Shown here: positions 1 through 9,903 of the stretch, piece after piece | Numbering within the stretch: the stretch's first letter is position 1 | How the letters are laid out: each line of letters starts with the position of its first letter | Assembly: GCA_937984095.1 (NCBI GenBank) | Contig: CALJYH010000055.1 | Span: 1 to 50,344 of the forward strand | Origin: an uncultured Gammaproteobacteria bacterium | GTDB lineage: Bacteria; Pseudomonadota; Gammaproteobacteria; GCA-001735895 | Length of the DNA stretch: 50,344 nt | Reading direction: 5' to 3' | Notes under the pieces: model-generated | What the model was told of the DNA's origin: nothing | What the model saw: the letters and a program-made list of their open reading frames with translations, nothing else | Databases searched by the model: none | Made by a program: the position numbers and the translations under genes

Positions 1-45
1 TTCAGCCAACTTGTAGGTGGCTTTACGAGCGCCAGTACACTGGAC

Positions 46-172
46 TATTGAAGCGTTCTGAGCACAGCTAGATCAAGGCAAAAAATTGCGAAAGGAGGAG
101 TTTACTAAAAGTAAACGACGAACTTGAGCAATTTTTTAACGCAGATATAGCTGTGCTCAGGGCGCTTCAATA
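46..172. mobile_element. 127-bp palindromic miniature element (MITE-like)
   Basis: Nested inverted repeats: TATTGAAGCG/CGCTTCAATA termini, CTGAGCACAGCTA/TAGCTGTGCTCAG, AAAAAATTGC/GCAATTTTTT, GTTTACT/AGTAAAC; TA at both ends. Confidence 0.7.
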
Positions 173-200
173 AAAAAAGCCGGGGCATGGCCCCGGCTTC
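171..200 (-). terminator. Rho-independent terminator of the symporter operon
   Basis: Minus strand reads AAGCCGGGGC-CAT-GCCCCGGCTT followed by a T-run, about 20 bp after the stop codon. Confidence 0.85.
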
Positions 201-220
201 AACTAAGTACTGCTTTATTA

Positions 221-2050
221 TTAGTGTGAGGAACCGAGTACAGTGTCTCCTGACGGTACTCGAATTTCGTCTACCATGGCCTGGGTTTCTGCATCAGGTT
301 CCGGTGTCATCAGCGATACCACAACCATCAGTATCAGGCTGACCGGCATACCAATGATGCCGAAACGCAGATGGTCGATACCGATCCACGGATCCATGCC
401 GCCGAAGCGCACCTGGTACAGGTACCAGGTACCAGCGAGGAAGCCACCGGCCATACCTGCGATTGCACCCTGGCGATTTGCACGTTTCCACCAGATACCC
501 AGTACAATCGGGAAGAACAGCCCGGAACAGGCAAAGTCAAATGCCCAGGCTACCGCCCCCAGAATACTGGTTAGCTTCAGACTCGCGACGAAAGCACCCG
601 CGGCACCAATAGCGAGTAACAATGCCCGCGCTACCAGCAGACGCTTACGGGTTTCCGCTTCCGGATCGATGATCTTGTAGTAAAGATCGTGAGACAACGC
701 GTTTGCGATCGCGAGTAGCAGGCCATCCGCGGTTGACATCGCTGCCGCCATACCACCTGCAGCCACGAGGCCGGAGATAACGTACGGCAGACCCGCAATT
801 TCCGGCGTCGCCAGCACCACTATATCGCCGCGCATAAAGAACTCGTTGAGTTGCAGTATGCCATCGGCATTCGCGTCGATGATCTGCGCAAAGCCCACGT
901 TGCTCCATTTCTGGATCCACTCCAGCGCCTGCACATCAGCGATCGATTTGCCGATGATACCGGTTGCGAGTTCAGGATCGAGAATCTGCAGCTTGGTGAA
1001 AGTTGCCAGCGCAGGAGCGGTGAAGTAGAGCAGGAAGATGAACATCAGAGACCAGGCTACCGATTGACGTGCTGCCCTGACCGATGGCGTGGTGAAGTAG
1101 CGCATCAGGATGTGCGGCAGTGACGCGGTTCCCAGCATCATACAGGCCACCAGTGTCACGAACTTCCAGCTCGCCATCGCTGAATCGCCAGCTGCAGCAA
1201 ACGGCACCGACAACGCCTTCAGCCCGCCCTTGGCGCCAGCGACCGCATCGAGTGTACCGAGGCCATGCAAGGCTTCGAGCTCGGTAATGCGTTGTACCGC
1301 GTCACCGTATACGAATTGCGGAATCAGGCCAAAGCCCTGCTTGTTGGACATCCAGAACACCGGTACCAGGTATGCAATGATCAGTACGATGTACTGTGCC
1401 ACCTGGGTCCAGGTTACCGCACGCATTCCACCAAGCATGGAGCACAGCAGGATACCGAGCAGTCCGAACCAGACGCCAACTTCAAATGGAATCTGAAGTG
1501 CACGTGCCGCAATCGTACCAGTCGCATTGATTTGTGCGGTTACATAGGTAAACGACGCTACTGCAAGCACCACAACACCGAGGAAGCGCGGCAAATTACC
1601 GCCGTAGCGTGTACCGATGAAGTCGGGCACCGTGTAGCAGCCAAACTTGCGCAGGTAAGGTGCCATCAGCGAGGCCACCAGGATATAACCCCCGGTCCAG
1701 CCGACCACAAACGCCAGATAACCGTGTCCACCGAAGTAGATACCACCGGCCATCGCGACGAATGATGCACCCGACATCCAGTCTGCCGCAGTCGCCATCC
1801 CGTTGAACACAGCGGGCACTTGCCGGCCTGCAACGTAGTAAGCGTCTACCGCCATGGTCCTCGAGAGGAAGCCTATTCCAGCATAAATAACAATGGTAAA
1901 GGCAACGAAGAGGATACCGATGGTATCTGCACCAACGCCCATCTGCTCCAGGATTGCCATGAGAAGTACGAATACCAGGAAACCCCCGGTATACATACCG
2001 TATATTTTCGGCAGGTTCTCGATAAAAGTCCCGCCAGCCATTTTAGCCAT
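221..2050 (-). CDS. Sodium:solute symporter family protein (ActP-like, VC_2705 subfamily)
   Basis: Motifs YYVAGR, NGMATAADWMSGASF, GGMRAVTWTQVAQY, LPHILMRYFT, AAAMSTADGLLL; many TM segments. Confidence 0.92.
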   Translation of the reverse strand: MAKMAGGTFIENLPKIYGMYTGGFLVFVLLMAILEQMGVGADTIGILFVAFTIVIYAGIGFLSRTMAVDAYYVAGRQVPAVFNGMATAADWMSGASFVAMAGGIYFGGHGYLAFVVGWTGGYILVASLMAPYLRKFGCYTVPDFIGTRYGGNLPRFLGVVVLAVASFTYVTAQINATGTIAARALQIPFEVGVWFGLLGILLCSMLGGMRAVTWTQVAQYIVLIIAYLVPVFWMSNKQGFGLIPQFVYGDAVQRITELEALHGLGTLDAVAGAKGGLKALSVPFAAAGDSAMASWKFVTLVACMMLGTASLPHILMRYFTTPSVRAARQSVAWSLMFIFLLYFTAPALATFTKLQILDPELATGIIGKSIADVQALEWIQKWSNVGFAQIIDANADGILQLNEFFMRGDIVVLATPEIAGLPYVISGLVAAGGMAAAMSTADGLLLAIANALSHDLYYKIIDPEAETRKRLLVARALLLAIGAAGAFVASLKLTSILGAVAWAFDFACSGLFFPIVLGIWWKRANRQGAIAGMAGGFLAGTWYLYQVRFGGMDPWIGIDHLRFGIIGMPVSLILMVVVSLMTPEPDAETQAMVDEIRVPSGDTVLGSSH

Positions 2051-2053
2051 GGT

Positions 2054-2311
2054 CTAATCCTCCTCTGCTAAGCCGCAATCGCGGTCAATTCTGTCCTGGG
2101 CCTTGACGAACCAGAACAAGGTGATCACGAATACGATTTCAGAACCCTGCGCGGCCATGTAGAAGCCCAAAGGCCATCCAAAAAATGTTACCGCGTTGAG
2201 GCTTGAAGCGAACCAGTGAACGACAAAAGAAAAGATAAACCAGATGGTGAGCGTAACCATCATCAGCGACTTGGTTCTGCGCCAATGATCATCTCGTTTG
2301 GATGTATCCAT
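2054..2311 (-). CDS. DUF4212 small subunit of solute symporter
   Basis: 85 aa, 2 TM, GWPLGFYMAAQGS motif, 3 bp upstream of the symporter gene. Confidence 0.88.
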   Translation of the reverse strand: MDTSKRDDHWRRTKSLMMVTLTIWFIFSFVVHWFASSLNAVTFFGWPLGFYMAAQGSEIVFVITLFWFVKAQDRIDRDCGLAEED

Positions 2312-2519
2312 TATGTCCCCCTAATTATCAGGTTATAAAACGTTAACGTTTGATCGTGTCTAAAATTTATTTTATTAACGCAAGGCCAATATGCCCAGAA
2401 ATCGTGGTATTTGCCAGACAAAAACCCTAGTATTGGCCTTCAGGAATGCTAATTTGGTGCATAATTTTTTAAATCCGGGAAAATGCTGTTACGTTTGGTA
2501 ACAAATTAAATAAAATCTG

Positions 2520-3206
2520 TTGAAATCGCTCGATATCGTCAAATCTTATGTCAACCCCCTATTCACCCGCAGTTACTGGCAAATGGTGGGAGACTATGTT
2601 GGCATCGGCAAACACAAGAAAACGGACGTCATAAAAGACCAGGATTCGCTCGCGACTTTTCTCAACACGCGTGCGAGCCATGTTGCACAGACGTCCCTTT
2701 ACGGTTATCTGCGTACCCGCGCCGGAACCCGCTTCCCGGAAATGTTCGAAAATCCGGACATTCTGATATCGATTAATATCGCCAAGTGGCACATCTGGCT
2801 GGCCTGTCTTTCGGACCTCACCCTCTTCACCGGCCACCACCTGTATCAATCAGGAGAAATTGACGAGTCCACGTTGGAGGAGTTGATAAGCGCAGCGCTC
2901 AAACAGGTCCTTGACGAAGTCGGCATGCCCGAGGAAGCCGGTTCAGACTTCGTATCCGCGAGGGAAAAAGTCATGCAGAGAATTGTTAACTGCGACTGGA
3001 ATGTGGAACGCGACGACGACACCGTATTCAGCCAAAGCCCCGAGGCACTATACTACTGGGCACCGATTGCCGACGAATTGAAGGAACTCGACGAATCCAT
3101 CGTCAAAAGCTCAATTCGATACCGCTGGATCGAAATACGCCGCAGCCTGCGCAAATTGCTCGACTGCAAAACCTTAGTCGAAACGTTGCGTGCCGCTGAA
3201 CTCTAA
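2520..3206 (+). CDS. Conserved hypothetical protein
   Basis: 228-aa ORF with globular composition (QTSLYGYLRTRAGTRFP); start uncertain (TTG 2520 or ATG 2583). Confidence 0.7.
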   Translation: MKSLDIVKSYVNPLFTRSYWQMVGDYVGIGKHKKTDVIKDQDSLATFLNTRASHVAQTSLYGYLRTRAGTRFPEMFENPDILISINIAKWHIWLACLSDLTLFTGHHLYQSGEIDESTLEELISAALKQVLDEVGMPEEAGSDFVSAREKVMQRIVNCDWNVERDDDTVFSQSPEALYYWAPIADELKELDESIVKSSIRYRWIEIRRSLRKLLDCKTLVETLRAAEL

Positions 3207-3931
3207 CGCAATTCCGTCAGCGCCTGCTGCATAGATTGCGACAGGCTGGTTTTCTGGCCCCCATCTGCATCGAAGTTCTCAGCGCTCAGCCACTGCTCGA
3301 ATACAGTTTTTGCGACTGGCCACTCACGATCCAGTATCGAATACCAGGCCGTATCGCGGTTACGCTGCTTGTACATGGTTGCCTGCCGAAATATACCTTC
3401 GAACATGAATCCCAGCCGTCTCGCCGCAGCACAGGAAGGCTGGTTTAATGCGTCGCACTTCCATTCGTAGCGCCGATAACTCCAGACATCGAATACCTGG
3501 CGCATCATCAGGAACATCGCCTCGGTTGAAATCGGTCGGCCTTGCATGCGCGGCGAAAAATGAATATGGCCAACCTCGATAACACCAACACCGGGCTCAA
3601 TGCGCAAATAGCTGGCGATGCCCACCGCCTTTCCGGTTGTCAGATCGATGACGCTGAAAAAGCACGGATCATCGCTTAAACAGTTTGAAAATATCCAACT
3701 GCGAAATTCGTCTTCCGTGCCGAACGGCCCGTAAGGCAGGTAGGTCCAGTTACGCTGATCCTGGTCCAGACTGAAAGCCTCAAACAGATCACTGGCATGT
3801 TGGTCTATATCAATGGGTTCCAGACGACAACGCCTCCCGTGCATGATCGCACCGCGGGGATGCTCACGAGCCTGCCAATCGGCAACCGGGAATCCGATTG
3901 GTTGTCCAAGGTCATTGATTAGTCCCGACAC
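3203..3931 (-). CDS. GNAT family N-acetyltransferase (RimJ/RimL type)
   Basis: IEVGHIHFS, YRRYEWKCDALN, RLGFMFEGIFRQ, RNRDTAWYSI motifs. Confidence 0.9.
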   Translation of the reverse strand: MSGLINDLGQPIGFPVADWQAREHPRGAIMHGRRCRLEPIDIDQHASDLFEAFSLDQDQRNWTYLPYGPFGTEDEFRSWIFSNCLSDDPCFFSVIDLTTGKAVGIASYLRIEPGVGVIEVGHIHFSPRMQGRPISTEAMFLMMRQVFDVWSYRRYEWKCDALNQPSCAAARRLGFMFEGIFRQATMYKQRNRDTAWYSILDREWPVAKTVFEQWLSAENFDADGGQKTSLSQSMQQALTELR

Positions 3932-4043
3932 TTATTGAATCCTTCAAATTTGAATTGTTAAAGCCAGCACGATTTAAGTACACTCACCACGCCTGACACA
4001 TTGTTCAATTCTACAATCTGTAGTCCCTGTGGGGAACCAACAC

Positions 4044-5000
4044 ATGCTAATGCTCGATGCCGACAAGATTCTTAATAGTATCTCGCTCTCAACGATGGTC
4101 GACGAACTGGCCGCGATGCACCGCGAGCCAATCGGCCTGGTTGACGAAATGCTGATGGAATCGGCGGACGACAATAATAGTGTCAGCCATTTTTTCATTC
4201 GCACCGGCTGGCAACCTGAAAAAGCAGTCGGCGCGAAAGTAATCACGATTTTTCCGCGCAATAACCAGAAACGCGATTGGCCTTCGATTCAGGCAGTCTA
4301 TATCTTGTTCGAAGGCGTGAACGGCACCCCGGTCGCCTGCCTCGACGGTACCGCGTTAACCTGGTTAAAAACCGCTTGCGATTCAGCGCTCGGCAGCCGC
4401 TTACTGTCACGTGAAAATATCGAATCGATGCTGATGATTGGCGCCGGCCAGATGGCGCCTCACCTGGTGAGTGCGCATTGTGAGGTGCGTCCATCGCTAC
4501 AACGGGTACATATCTGGAACCGGACGAGCGACAAGGCGCAAAATCTCTGCACCAGTCTGGCCGATAAGTATCCGCAAATCAGCTTCACACCAGTAACTGA
4601 AATCGAGGCTAGCGCCAGGCAGGCTGACCTGATCTGTTCGGCTATCGGATGCACGCAACCGATTATTCGGGGTGAATGGCTGAAACCCGGCACCCATGTC
4701 GATTTAATTGGCGCCTATACCGCCGAGATGCGCGAAGCCGATGACGAATGCCTGCGTCGCGGTAGCCTGTTTGTCGATGCGCGTGAAACCACGATACATC
4801 ACATCGGCGAGCTGATGATTCCACTGGCCAGCGGGATAATCAGCGAGGCCGACGTACTCGCCGACTTATCCGACCTGTGCCTGCAACGTCACCCAGGACG
4901 GCAATCCGATGATGAAATTACGCTGTTCAAAAACGGCGGTGGTGGCCATCTTGACCTGATGTGCGCAAGAATTTTGCACCAAAATTGTCAGACCAAATGA
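4044..5000 (+). CDS. Ornithine cyclodeaminase/mu-crystallin family protein (possible ketimine or pyrroline-2-carboxylate reductase)
   Basis: LDGTALTWLKTA, IGAGQMA, PGTHVDLIGAY, ITLFKNGGGGHLDL; ATG 4044 follows a GGGGAA RBS. Confidence 0.85.
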   Translation: MLMLDADKILNSISLSTMVDELAAMHREPIGLVDEMLMESADDNNSVSHFFIRTGWQPEKAVGAKVITIFPRNNQKRDWPSIQAVYILFEGVNGTPVACLDGTALTWLKTACDSALGSRLLSRENIESMLMIGAGQMAPHLVSAHCEVRPSLQRVHIWNRTSDKAQNLCTSLADKYPQISFTPVTEIEASARQADLICSAIGCTQPIIRGEWLKPGTHVDLIGAYTAEMREADDECLRRGSLFVDARETTIHHIGELMIPLASGIISEADVLADLSDLCLQRHPGRQSDDEITLFKNGGGGHLDLMCARILHQNCQTK

Positions 5001-5971
5001 GCACTCGTATACAACTTGAAGATATCGAGGCGGCGCGCGCGCGAATAGCTCCGTACATTGTTCCACTGCGGATTACAGATTCCCCTTCCCTTTCAAAGCA
5101 GTATTCCAACAACATATTACTGGCGCATGAGTACCTGCAAACCACCGGCGCCTTTAAGTTACGCGGTGCGATGAATTCGGTTCTGCAGCTCGAACAAGGT
5201 ACCACCGGGGTAACCGCGGTATCGACTGGAAATCATGGTCGGGCGCTCGCCTACTCCGCTCGACAGGCAGGTGTGCCCTGCATTATTTGCATGTCGGAAC
5301 TGGTGCCTCAAAACAAGCTCGAAGCAATTCGCGCGCTAGGCGCCGAGACCCGGGTCATCGGAAAATCCCAGGACGAGGCCGAGATCGAAGCCAAACGTCT
5401 CGTCACCGAGGAAGGCTACACCATGATCCCTCCCTTCGACCATCCCCACGTCATCGCCGGACAAGGTACTCTGGGTCTCGAGATGCTGGAGCAGGTGCCC
5501 GATGTGGATACGGTGTTGGTACAGATTTCCGGAGGTGGCTTAATTTCTGGAATTGCACTGGCGATTAAATCTCAAAAACCGAATGTTCGTATTGTCGGCA
5601 TTTCGATGGAACGGGGATGTGCGATGGCGGCTTCGCAAAAGGCCGGAAAACCAATCGAAGTCGAGGAGTTACCCACCCTTGCCGATTCGCTCGGAGGAGG
5701 AATCGGCCTCGACAATCAGCTGACCTTCGATATGGTGCGCGACACTGTCGATGAAATAGTACTGTTGAGCGAGCCTGAAATTGCTGACGGCATCCGTCAT
5801 GCTTATTTTAAGGAACAGGTTATTCTCGAAGGCGGCGGCGCGGTCGGAATTGGAGCTTTGCTGGCGGGCAAGGTTACCCCAGGCGAAAATACTGTTGTTC
5901 TGCTAAGTGGAAAAAACATAGACATGGAACTACATCGTAAAATCATTAACGGTGAGGAGCATTCACTCTAG
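4997..5971 (+). CDS. eutB: Hydroxyectoine utilization dehydratase EutB (PLP, threonine dehydratase family)
   Basis: LQTTGAFKLRGA, STGNHGRA, TLADSLGGGIGLDN; precedes eutCDE; ATGA overlap with the upstream gene. Confidence 0.88.
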   Translation: MSTRIQLEDIEAARARIAPYIVPLRITDSPSLSKQYSNNILLAHEYLQTTGAFKLRGAMNSVLQLEQGTTGVTAVSTGNHGRALAYSARQAGVPCIICMSELVPQNKLEAIRALGAETRVIGKSQDEAEIEAKRLVTEEGYTMIPPFDHPHVIAGQGTLGLEMLEQVPDVDTVLVQISGGGLISGIALAIKSQKPNVRIVGISMERGCAMAASQKAGKPIEVEELPTLADSLGGGIGLDNQLTFDMVRDTVDEIVLLSEPEIADGIRHAYFKEQVILEGGGAVGIGALLAGKVTPGENTVVLLSGKNIDMELHRKIINGEEHSL

Positions 5972-6963
5972 TGGCAGATATCAGAATTCTTACCGAGGCT
6001 GAGCTTCGCAGCCAGATTCAGCTTGACCTGGCTGCAGTGGAGTGCGTGGAAAACGCCTATCATGCGCTCGCCACAAAGTCAGTCGTCATGCCACCCATCA
6101 TGCGACTGGATATTGTCGAAAACAACGGGGAGATCGACGTCAAGACGGCTTACATCCCCGGCGTCGATAGTCTGGCCATCAAGATAAGCCCCGGGTTTTT
6201 TGATAATCCCAGTCTTGGCCTGCCAAGCGTCAACGGCTTAATGGTTTTATTCAGCACACGCACCGGCATGGTCGAGGCGCTTTTACTCGACAATGGCTAC
6301 CTGACCGATATTCGCACTGCCGCTGCAGGTGCGGTGGCGTCCAAATACCTGGCGCGAGCCGACAGCCACAGTGCTGCAATCCTCGGCGCCGGGATGCAGG
6401 CCGGTCTGCAACTCGAAGCCCTGATCCTGGTACGCGATATCAGCTCGGCAACTATCTGGGCTCGCAATTTTGAGAAAGCCCGGGAAAAAGCAGAGGACTT
6501 AAGCAAGCGACTCGGGATCGAAGTTACCGCATGTGCCGATGTCGCGGCGGCAACTGCCGAGGCCGACATCATCGTCACCTCGACACCCTCGACCCAACCA
6601 ATACTAATGGCCGAGCACATCAAGGCGGGGCAACACATTACCGCCATGGGATCCGATTCCGAACATAAAAATGAAATAGATCCCGCCATCATCGCGGATA
6701 AAGCACAGTACTTTTGCGATCGCCTGTCTCAGGTCAGGCTGCTCGGTGAACTGCACCATGCGATCGATAAGAAACTGGTAACCCTGGCCGCTGAATTCCC
6801 TGAGCTGGGCCAGGTCATTTCGCAGCAGATGGCCGGGCGTGCAAACAGCGACGACATAACGCTGTGTGATCTGACTGGTACCGGCATTCAGGATACCGCG
6901 ATTGCAACTTTAGCCTACCAGCTGTGCCAACAACACCAGGCCGGCACCAACTTCGCTACCTAG
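5971..6963 (+). CDS. eutC: Ectoine utilization cyclodeaminase EutC
   Basis: EIDVKTAYIPG, KISPGFFDNPSLGLPS, LLLDNGYLTDIRTAAAG, AMGSDSEHKNE, DLTGTGIQD. Confidence 0.92.
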   Translation: MADIRILTEAELRSQIQLDLAAVECVENAYHALATKSVVMPPIMRLDIVENNGEIDVKTAYIPGVDSLAIKISPGFFDNPSLGLPSVNGLMVLFSTRTGMVEALLLDNGYLTDIRTAAAGAVASKYLARADSHSAAILGAGMQAGLQLEALILVRDISSATIWARNFEKAREKAEDLSKRLGIEVTACADVAAATAEADIIVTSTPSTQPILMAEHIKAGQHITAMGSDSEHKNEIDPAIIADKAQYFCDRLSQVRLLGELHHAIDKKLVTLAAEFPELGQVISQQMAGRANSDDITLCDLTGTGIQDTAIATLAYQLCQQHQAGTNFAT

Positions 6964-6974
6964 AGAAATAAAAC

Positions 6975-8156
6975 ATGCCGAAAGATGCAAAACTAAATTT
7001 TTCTTTGGAAGAATATAAACAGCGACTCGAAAAGACCCGGGCTGCAATGTCCGATAATAATATCGATTGCCTGGTCGTGGTCGATCCTTCCAATATGGCC
7101 TGGCTCACGGGTTACGACGGCTGGTCTTTCTACACGCACCAGTGCGTCATCGTACAGCATAACCAGGAGCCGATCTGGTGGGGACGCGGAATCGACGCAC
7201 CCGGCGCGGTGCGCACAACCTATCTCGACCAAGACAACATTTTAAAATACCCGGACCACTTCGTGCAGTCCGATGTCTGTCACCCAATGGATCACCTGTC
7301 GGAAGTATTGCGCGAGATGAAACTTGATCGAGGTTCGATCGGTGTGGAAATGGAAAACTATTATTTTTCTGCAGCCGCGTTCCGCTCACTGCAAACCTGC
7401 TTGCCCGAAACAACGCTTATCGATGCTACCGCGCTCGTCAACTGGCAACGCATCATCAAGTCAGAGCAGGAGTTGACCTATATGCGCAGCGCGGCGCGCA
7501 TTGTTGAAACCATGCACGCGCGTATCTTCGAGATCATTGAACCCGGACTTAAAAAAAATGAGCTCGCGGCAGAAATTTTTCGCACCGGCATTGCCGGCAA
7601 GGACGAGCATTGGGGCGATTACCCGGCAATCTTGCCACTGTTGCCAACCGGAATGGATGCCACTGCGGCACACCTGACCTGGGACGACTCCAAACTCAAA
7701 CCTGGCGACATCACCTTCTTCGAAATTGCAGGATGCCACAAACGCTACCACTGCCCTTTGTCACGCACGATTTCACTTGGCACACCACCACAAAAATATC
7801 TCGACGCCGAAAAAGCCGTGCTTGACGCGATGCATGCAGGGCTCGAAAATGCGAAACCGGGTAAACTCTGCGAAGACATCGCGATTGCTTTCTTCGATAG
7901 GCTTGAAAAACACGGCTTCAAGAAAGAGAATCGCACCGGGTATTCAATCGGCCTGTCATATCCGCCTGACTGGGGCGAACGAACCATGAGCCTGCGCCGG
8001 GGTGACAAAACCGAGCTTAAAGCAAACATGACCTTCCATTTCATGCCGGCGTTGTGGCTTGACGATGGTGGCCTCGAAATTACCGAGTCAGTTGTTGTGA
8101 CTGATTCCGGTTACGAGAGCCTGGCCAATGTTGAACAACGGCTACTGGTGAAATAA
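6975..8156 (+). CDS. doeA: Ectoine hydrolase DoeA/EutD (M24 family)
   Basis: DPSNMAWLTGYDGWSFY, RYHCPLSRT, RTGYSIGLSYPPDWGERTMSLR, MTFHFMP. Confidence 0.93.
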   Translation: MPKDAKLNFSLEEYKQRLEKTRAAMSDNNIDCLVVVDPSNMAWLTGYDGWSFYTHQCVIVQHNQEPIWWGRGIDAPGAVRTTYLDQDNILKYPDHFVQSDVCHPMDHLSEVLREMKLDRGSIGVEMENYYFSAAAFRSLQTCLPETTLIDATALVNWQRIIKSEQELTYMRSAARIVETMHARIFEIIEPGLKKNELAAEIFRTGIAGKDEHWGDYPAILPLLPTGMDATAAHLTWDDSKLKPGDITFFEIAGCHKRYHCPLSRTISLGTPPQKYLDAEKAVLDAMHAGLENAKPGKLCEDIAIAFFDRLEKHGFKKENRTGYSIGLSYPPDWGERTMSLRRGDKTELKANMTFHFMPALWLDDGGLEITESVVVTDSGYESLANVEQRLLVK

Positions 8157-8158
8157 AT

Positions 8159-9157
8159 ATGGCAAATCCGATAGCAGCGACCATAGATCTGGAGCGCGAC
8201 GGCCTGCAACACGGTTTCCTGCAGATACCGCATTCACGCAATGATTCCGCCTGGGGATCGATCATGTTGCCAATTACCGTCGCCAAGAACGGCGATGGTC
8301 CCGGCGCCATTTTAACCGGTGCCAACCATGGCGATGAATATGAGGGCCCGATTGCTCTGCATCATCTCGCCAATACCATTGATATTGATAAAGTCCGCGG
8401 GCGCGTCATCATTATTCCAGCGATGAATTATCCTGCTTTCCAGGTCGCTGACCGGGTGTCGCCCATCGATCAGCTAAATATGAACCGGATTTTTCCGGGT
8501 AAGGCTAAAGGCACCATCACCCAGCTCATCGCTGACTTTATTACAAGCACCCTGCTACCCATGTGTGATTTTGTACTCGATATTCATTCGGGTGGTAAAA
8601 CCCTTGAGTTTCTGCCGTTCGCGGCTTACCACGAGCTCGATGACAAGTCTCAGCAGCAAGCCTGTGAAGCAGCCACGATGGCCTTCGCGGCGCCCTACTA
8701 CCTGAGCCTGATTGAAATCGATGCTGCCGGCATGTATGACACTCAGGCAGAATCGCTGGGCAAGGTGTTTGTGTCGACCGAACTCGGAGGCGGCGGCACC
8801 AGCAGCCCCCTCACGGCAGATGTAGCCAAACGCGGCGTACATAATTTCCTGGTGCACGCCGGAATCCTGGACGCGAAACCGATACAACCCGAGAGCGCGA
8901 GCATCAAACTCGATATGCAACAGGAAAATGCCTACGTGTTTTCACAACACAATGGTCTGCTTGAACCCTGCGTCAGCCTGGGTGACACGGTTAAAAAAGG
9001 CGATATAATTGCACGGGTCTATACTACCGAACGAACCGGTGATGAGCCGGTCGAATACCTGGCCGAGAGTGATGGTATTATCCTGGGCCGACACTTTCCA
9101 TCCCTGATCAAGATTGGCGACTTCATGAATGTAATTGCGCGAGCCGTCAAGGAATAA
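8159..9157 (+). CDS. doeB: N-alpha-acetyl-L-2,4-diaminobutyrate deacetylase DoeB/EutE
   Basis: HSRNDSAWGS, GANHGDEYEGP, DIHSGGKTL, VSTELGGGG; follows doeA. Confidence 0.92.
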   Translation: MANPIAATIDLERDGLQHGFLQIPHSRNDSAWGSIMLPITVAKNGDGPGAILTGANHGDEYEGPIALHHLANTIDIDKVRGRVIIIPAMNYPAFQVADRVSPIDQLNMNRIFPGKAKGTITQLIADFITSTLLPMCDFVLDIHSGGKTLEFLPFAAYHELDDKSQQQACEAATMAFAAPYYLSLIEIDAAGMYDTQAESLGKVFVSTELGGGGTSSPLTADVAKRGVHNFLVHAGILDAKPIQPESASIKLDMQQENAYVFSQHNGLLEPCVSLGDTVKKGDIIARVYTTERTGDEPVEYLAESDGIILGRHFPSLIKIGDFMNVIARAVKE

Positions 9158-9181
9158 CTTCAACTTAAGGAACCTGAAAAA

Positions 9182-9865
9182 ATGAAATTTAAAGCACTTG
9201 TGCTGACAACACTATTAATCGGCCTGGTCGCCTGCGAAAAAAAAGATCAGGCTCAGACTAAAACCAACCTCGAATCCGAAGGAGACCGTTTCAGTTATGG
9301 GCTCGGCATGGTCATCGGCGAGCGCGTTCTCAAGCAGTACGGAGACGTTGACTACGACCTGCTGCTACAGGGAATAAAAGCGCAGCATAAAGACCAGGAA
9401 ACGCTTATTAGCCTGGAAGCTGCTGGCGAAGCCATCAATGCGCAAATAGAAAAAGTTTTTGCCAAACAGTCTGAAACTAACAAGGAGCGCGGACAGGCAT
9501 ACCTCAAGAGCAATGCCGAAAAAGAAGGCGTGCAGGTTACTGCATCCGGATTACAGTATTCGGTGATTACTGAAGCCGATGGCGCAAAACCCAAGGCTAC
9601 TGACGAGGTAACCGTCCACTACCGCGGCACCTTGACCGATGGCACCGAGTTCGACAGTTCCTATTCTCGTGGTTCACCGACGTCTTTCGTGCTCAACCAG
9701 GTTATTCCAGGCTGGACCGAGGGCCTACAGTTAATGAGTGTGGGTAGCAAATTCCAGTTCGTTATCCCGTATGAACTCGGTTACGGGGAGCGAGGCGCGG
9801 GTGGCTCCATAGGCCCTTTTGAAACCCTGGTGTTTGAAGTCGAGCTGCTCGAAATAAAGCCCTGA
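9182..9865 (+). CDS. FKBP-type peptidyl-prolyl cis-trans isomerase (FkpA/Mip-like, probable lipoprotein)
   Basis: VHYRGTL, EFDSSY, VIPGWTEGLQLM, LVFEVELL; LVAC lipobox. Confidence 0.93.
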   Translation: MKFKALVLTTLLIGLVACEKKDQAQTKTNLESEGDRFSYGLGMVIGERVLKQYGDVDYDLLLQGIKAQHKDQETLISLEAAGEAINAQIEKVFAKQSETNKERGQAYLKSNAEKEGVQVTASGLQYSVITEADGAKPKATDEVTVHYRGTLTDGTEFDSSYSRGSPTSFVLNQVIPGWTEGLQLMSVGSKFQFVIPYELGYGERGAGGSIGPFETLVFEVELLEIKP

Positions 9866-9903
9866 TCCCGTAGTACCCGATCAAACCAGACGGATCGGAA
9901 TGT

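Noticed and set aside
1-51. 3' end of an upstream plus-strand gene
   Set aside because: Too little sequence to choose a frame or product
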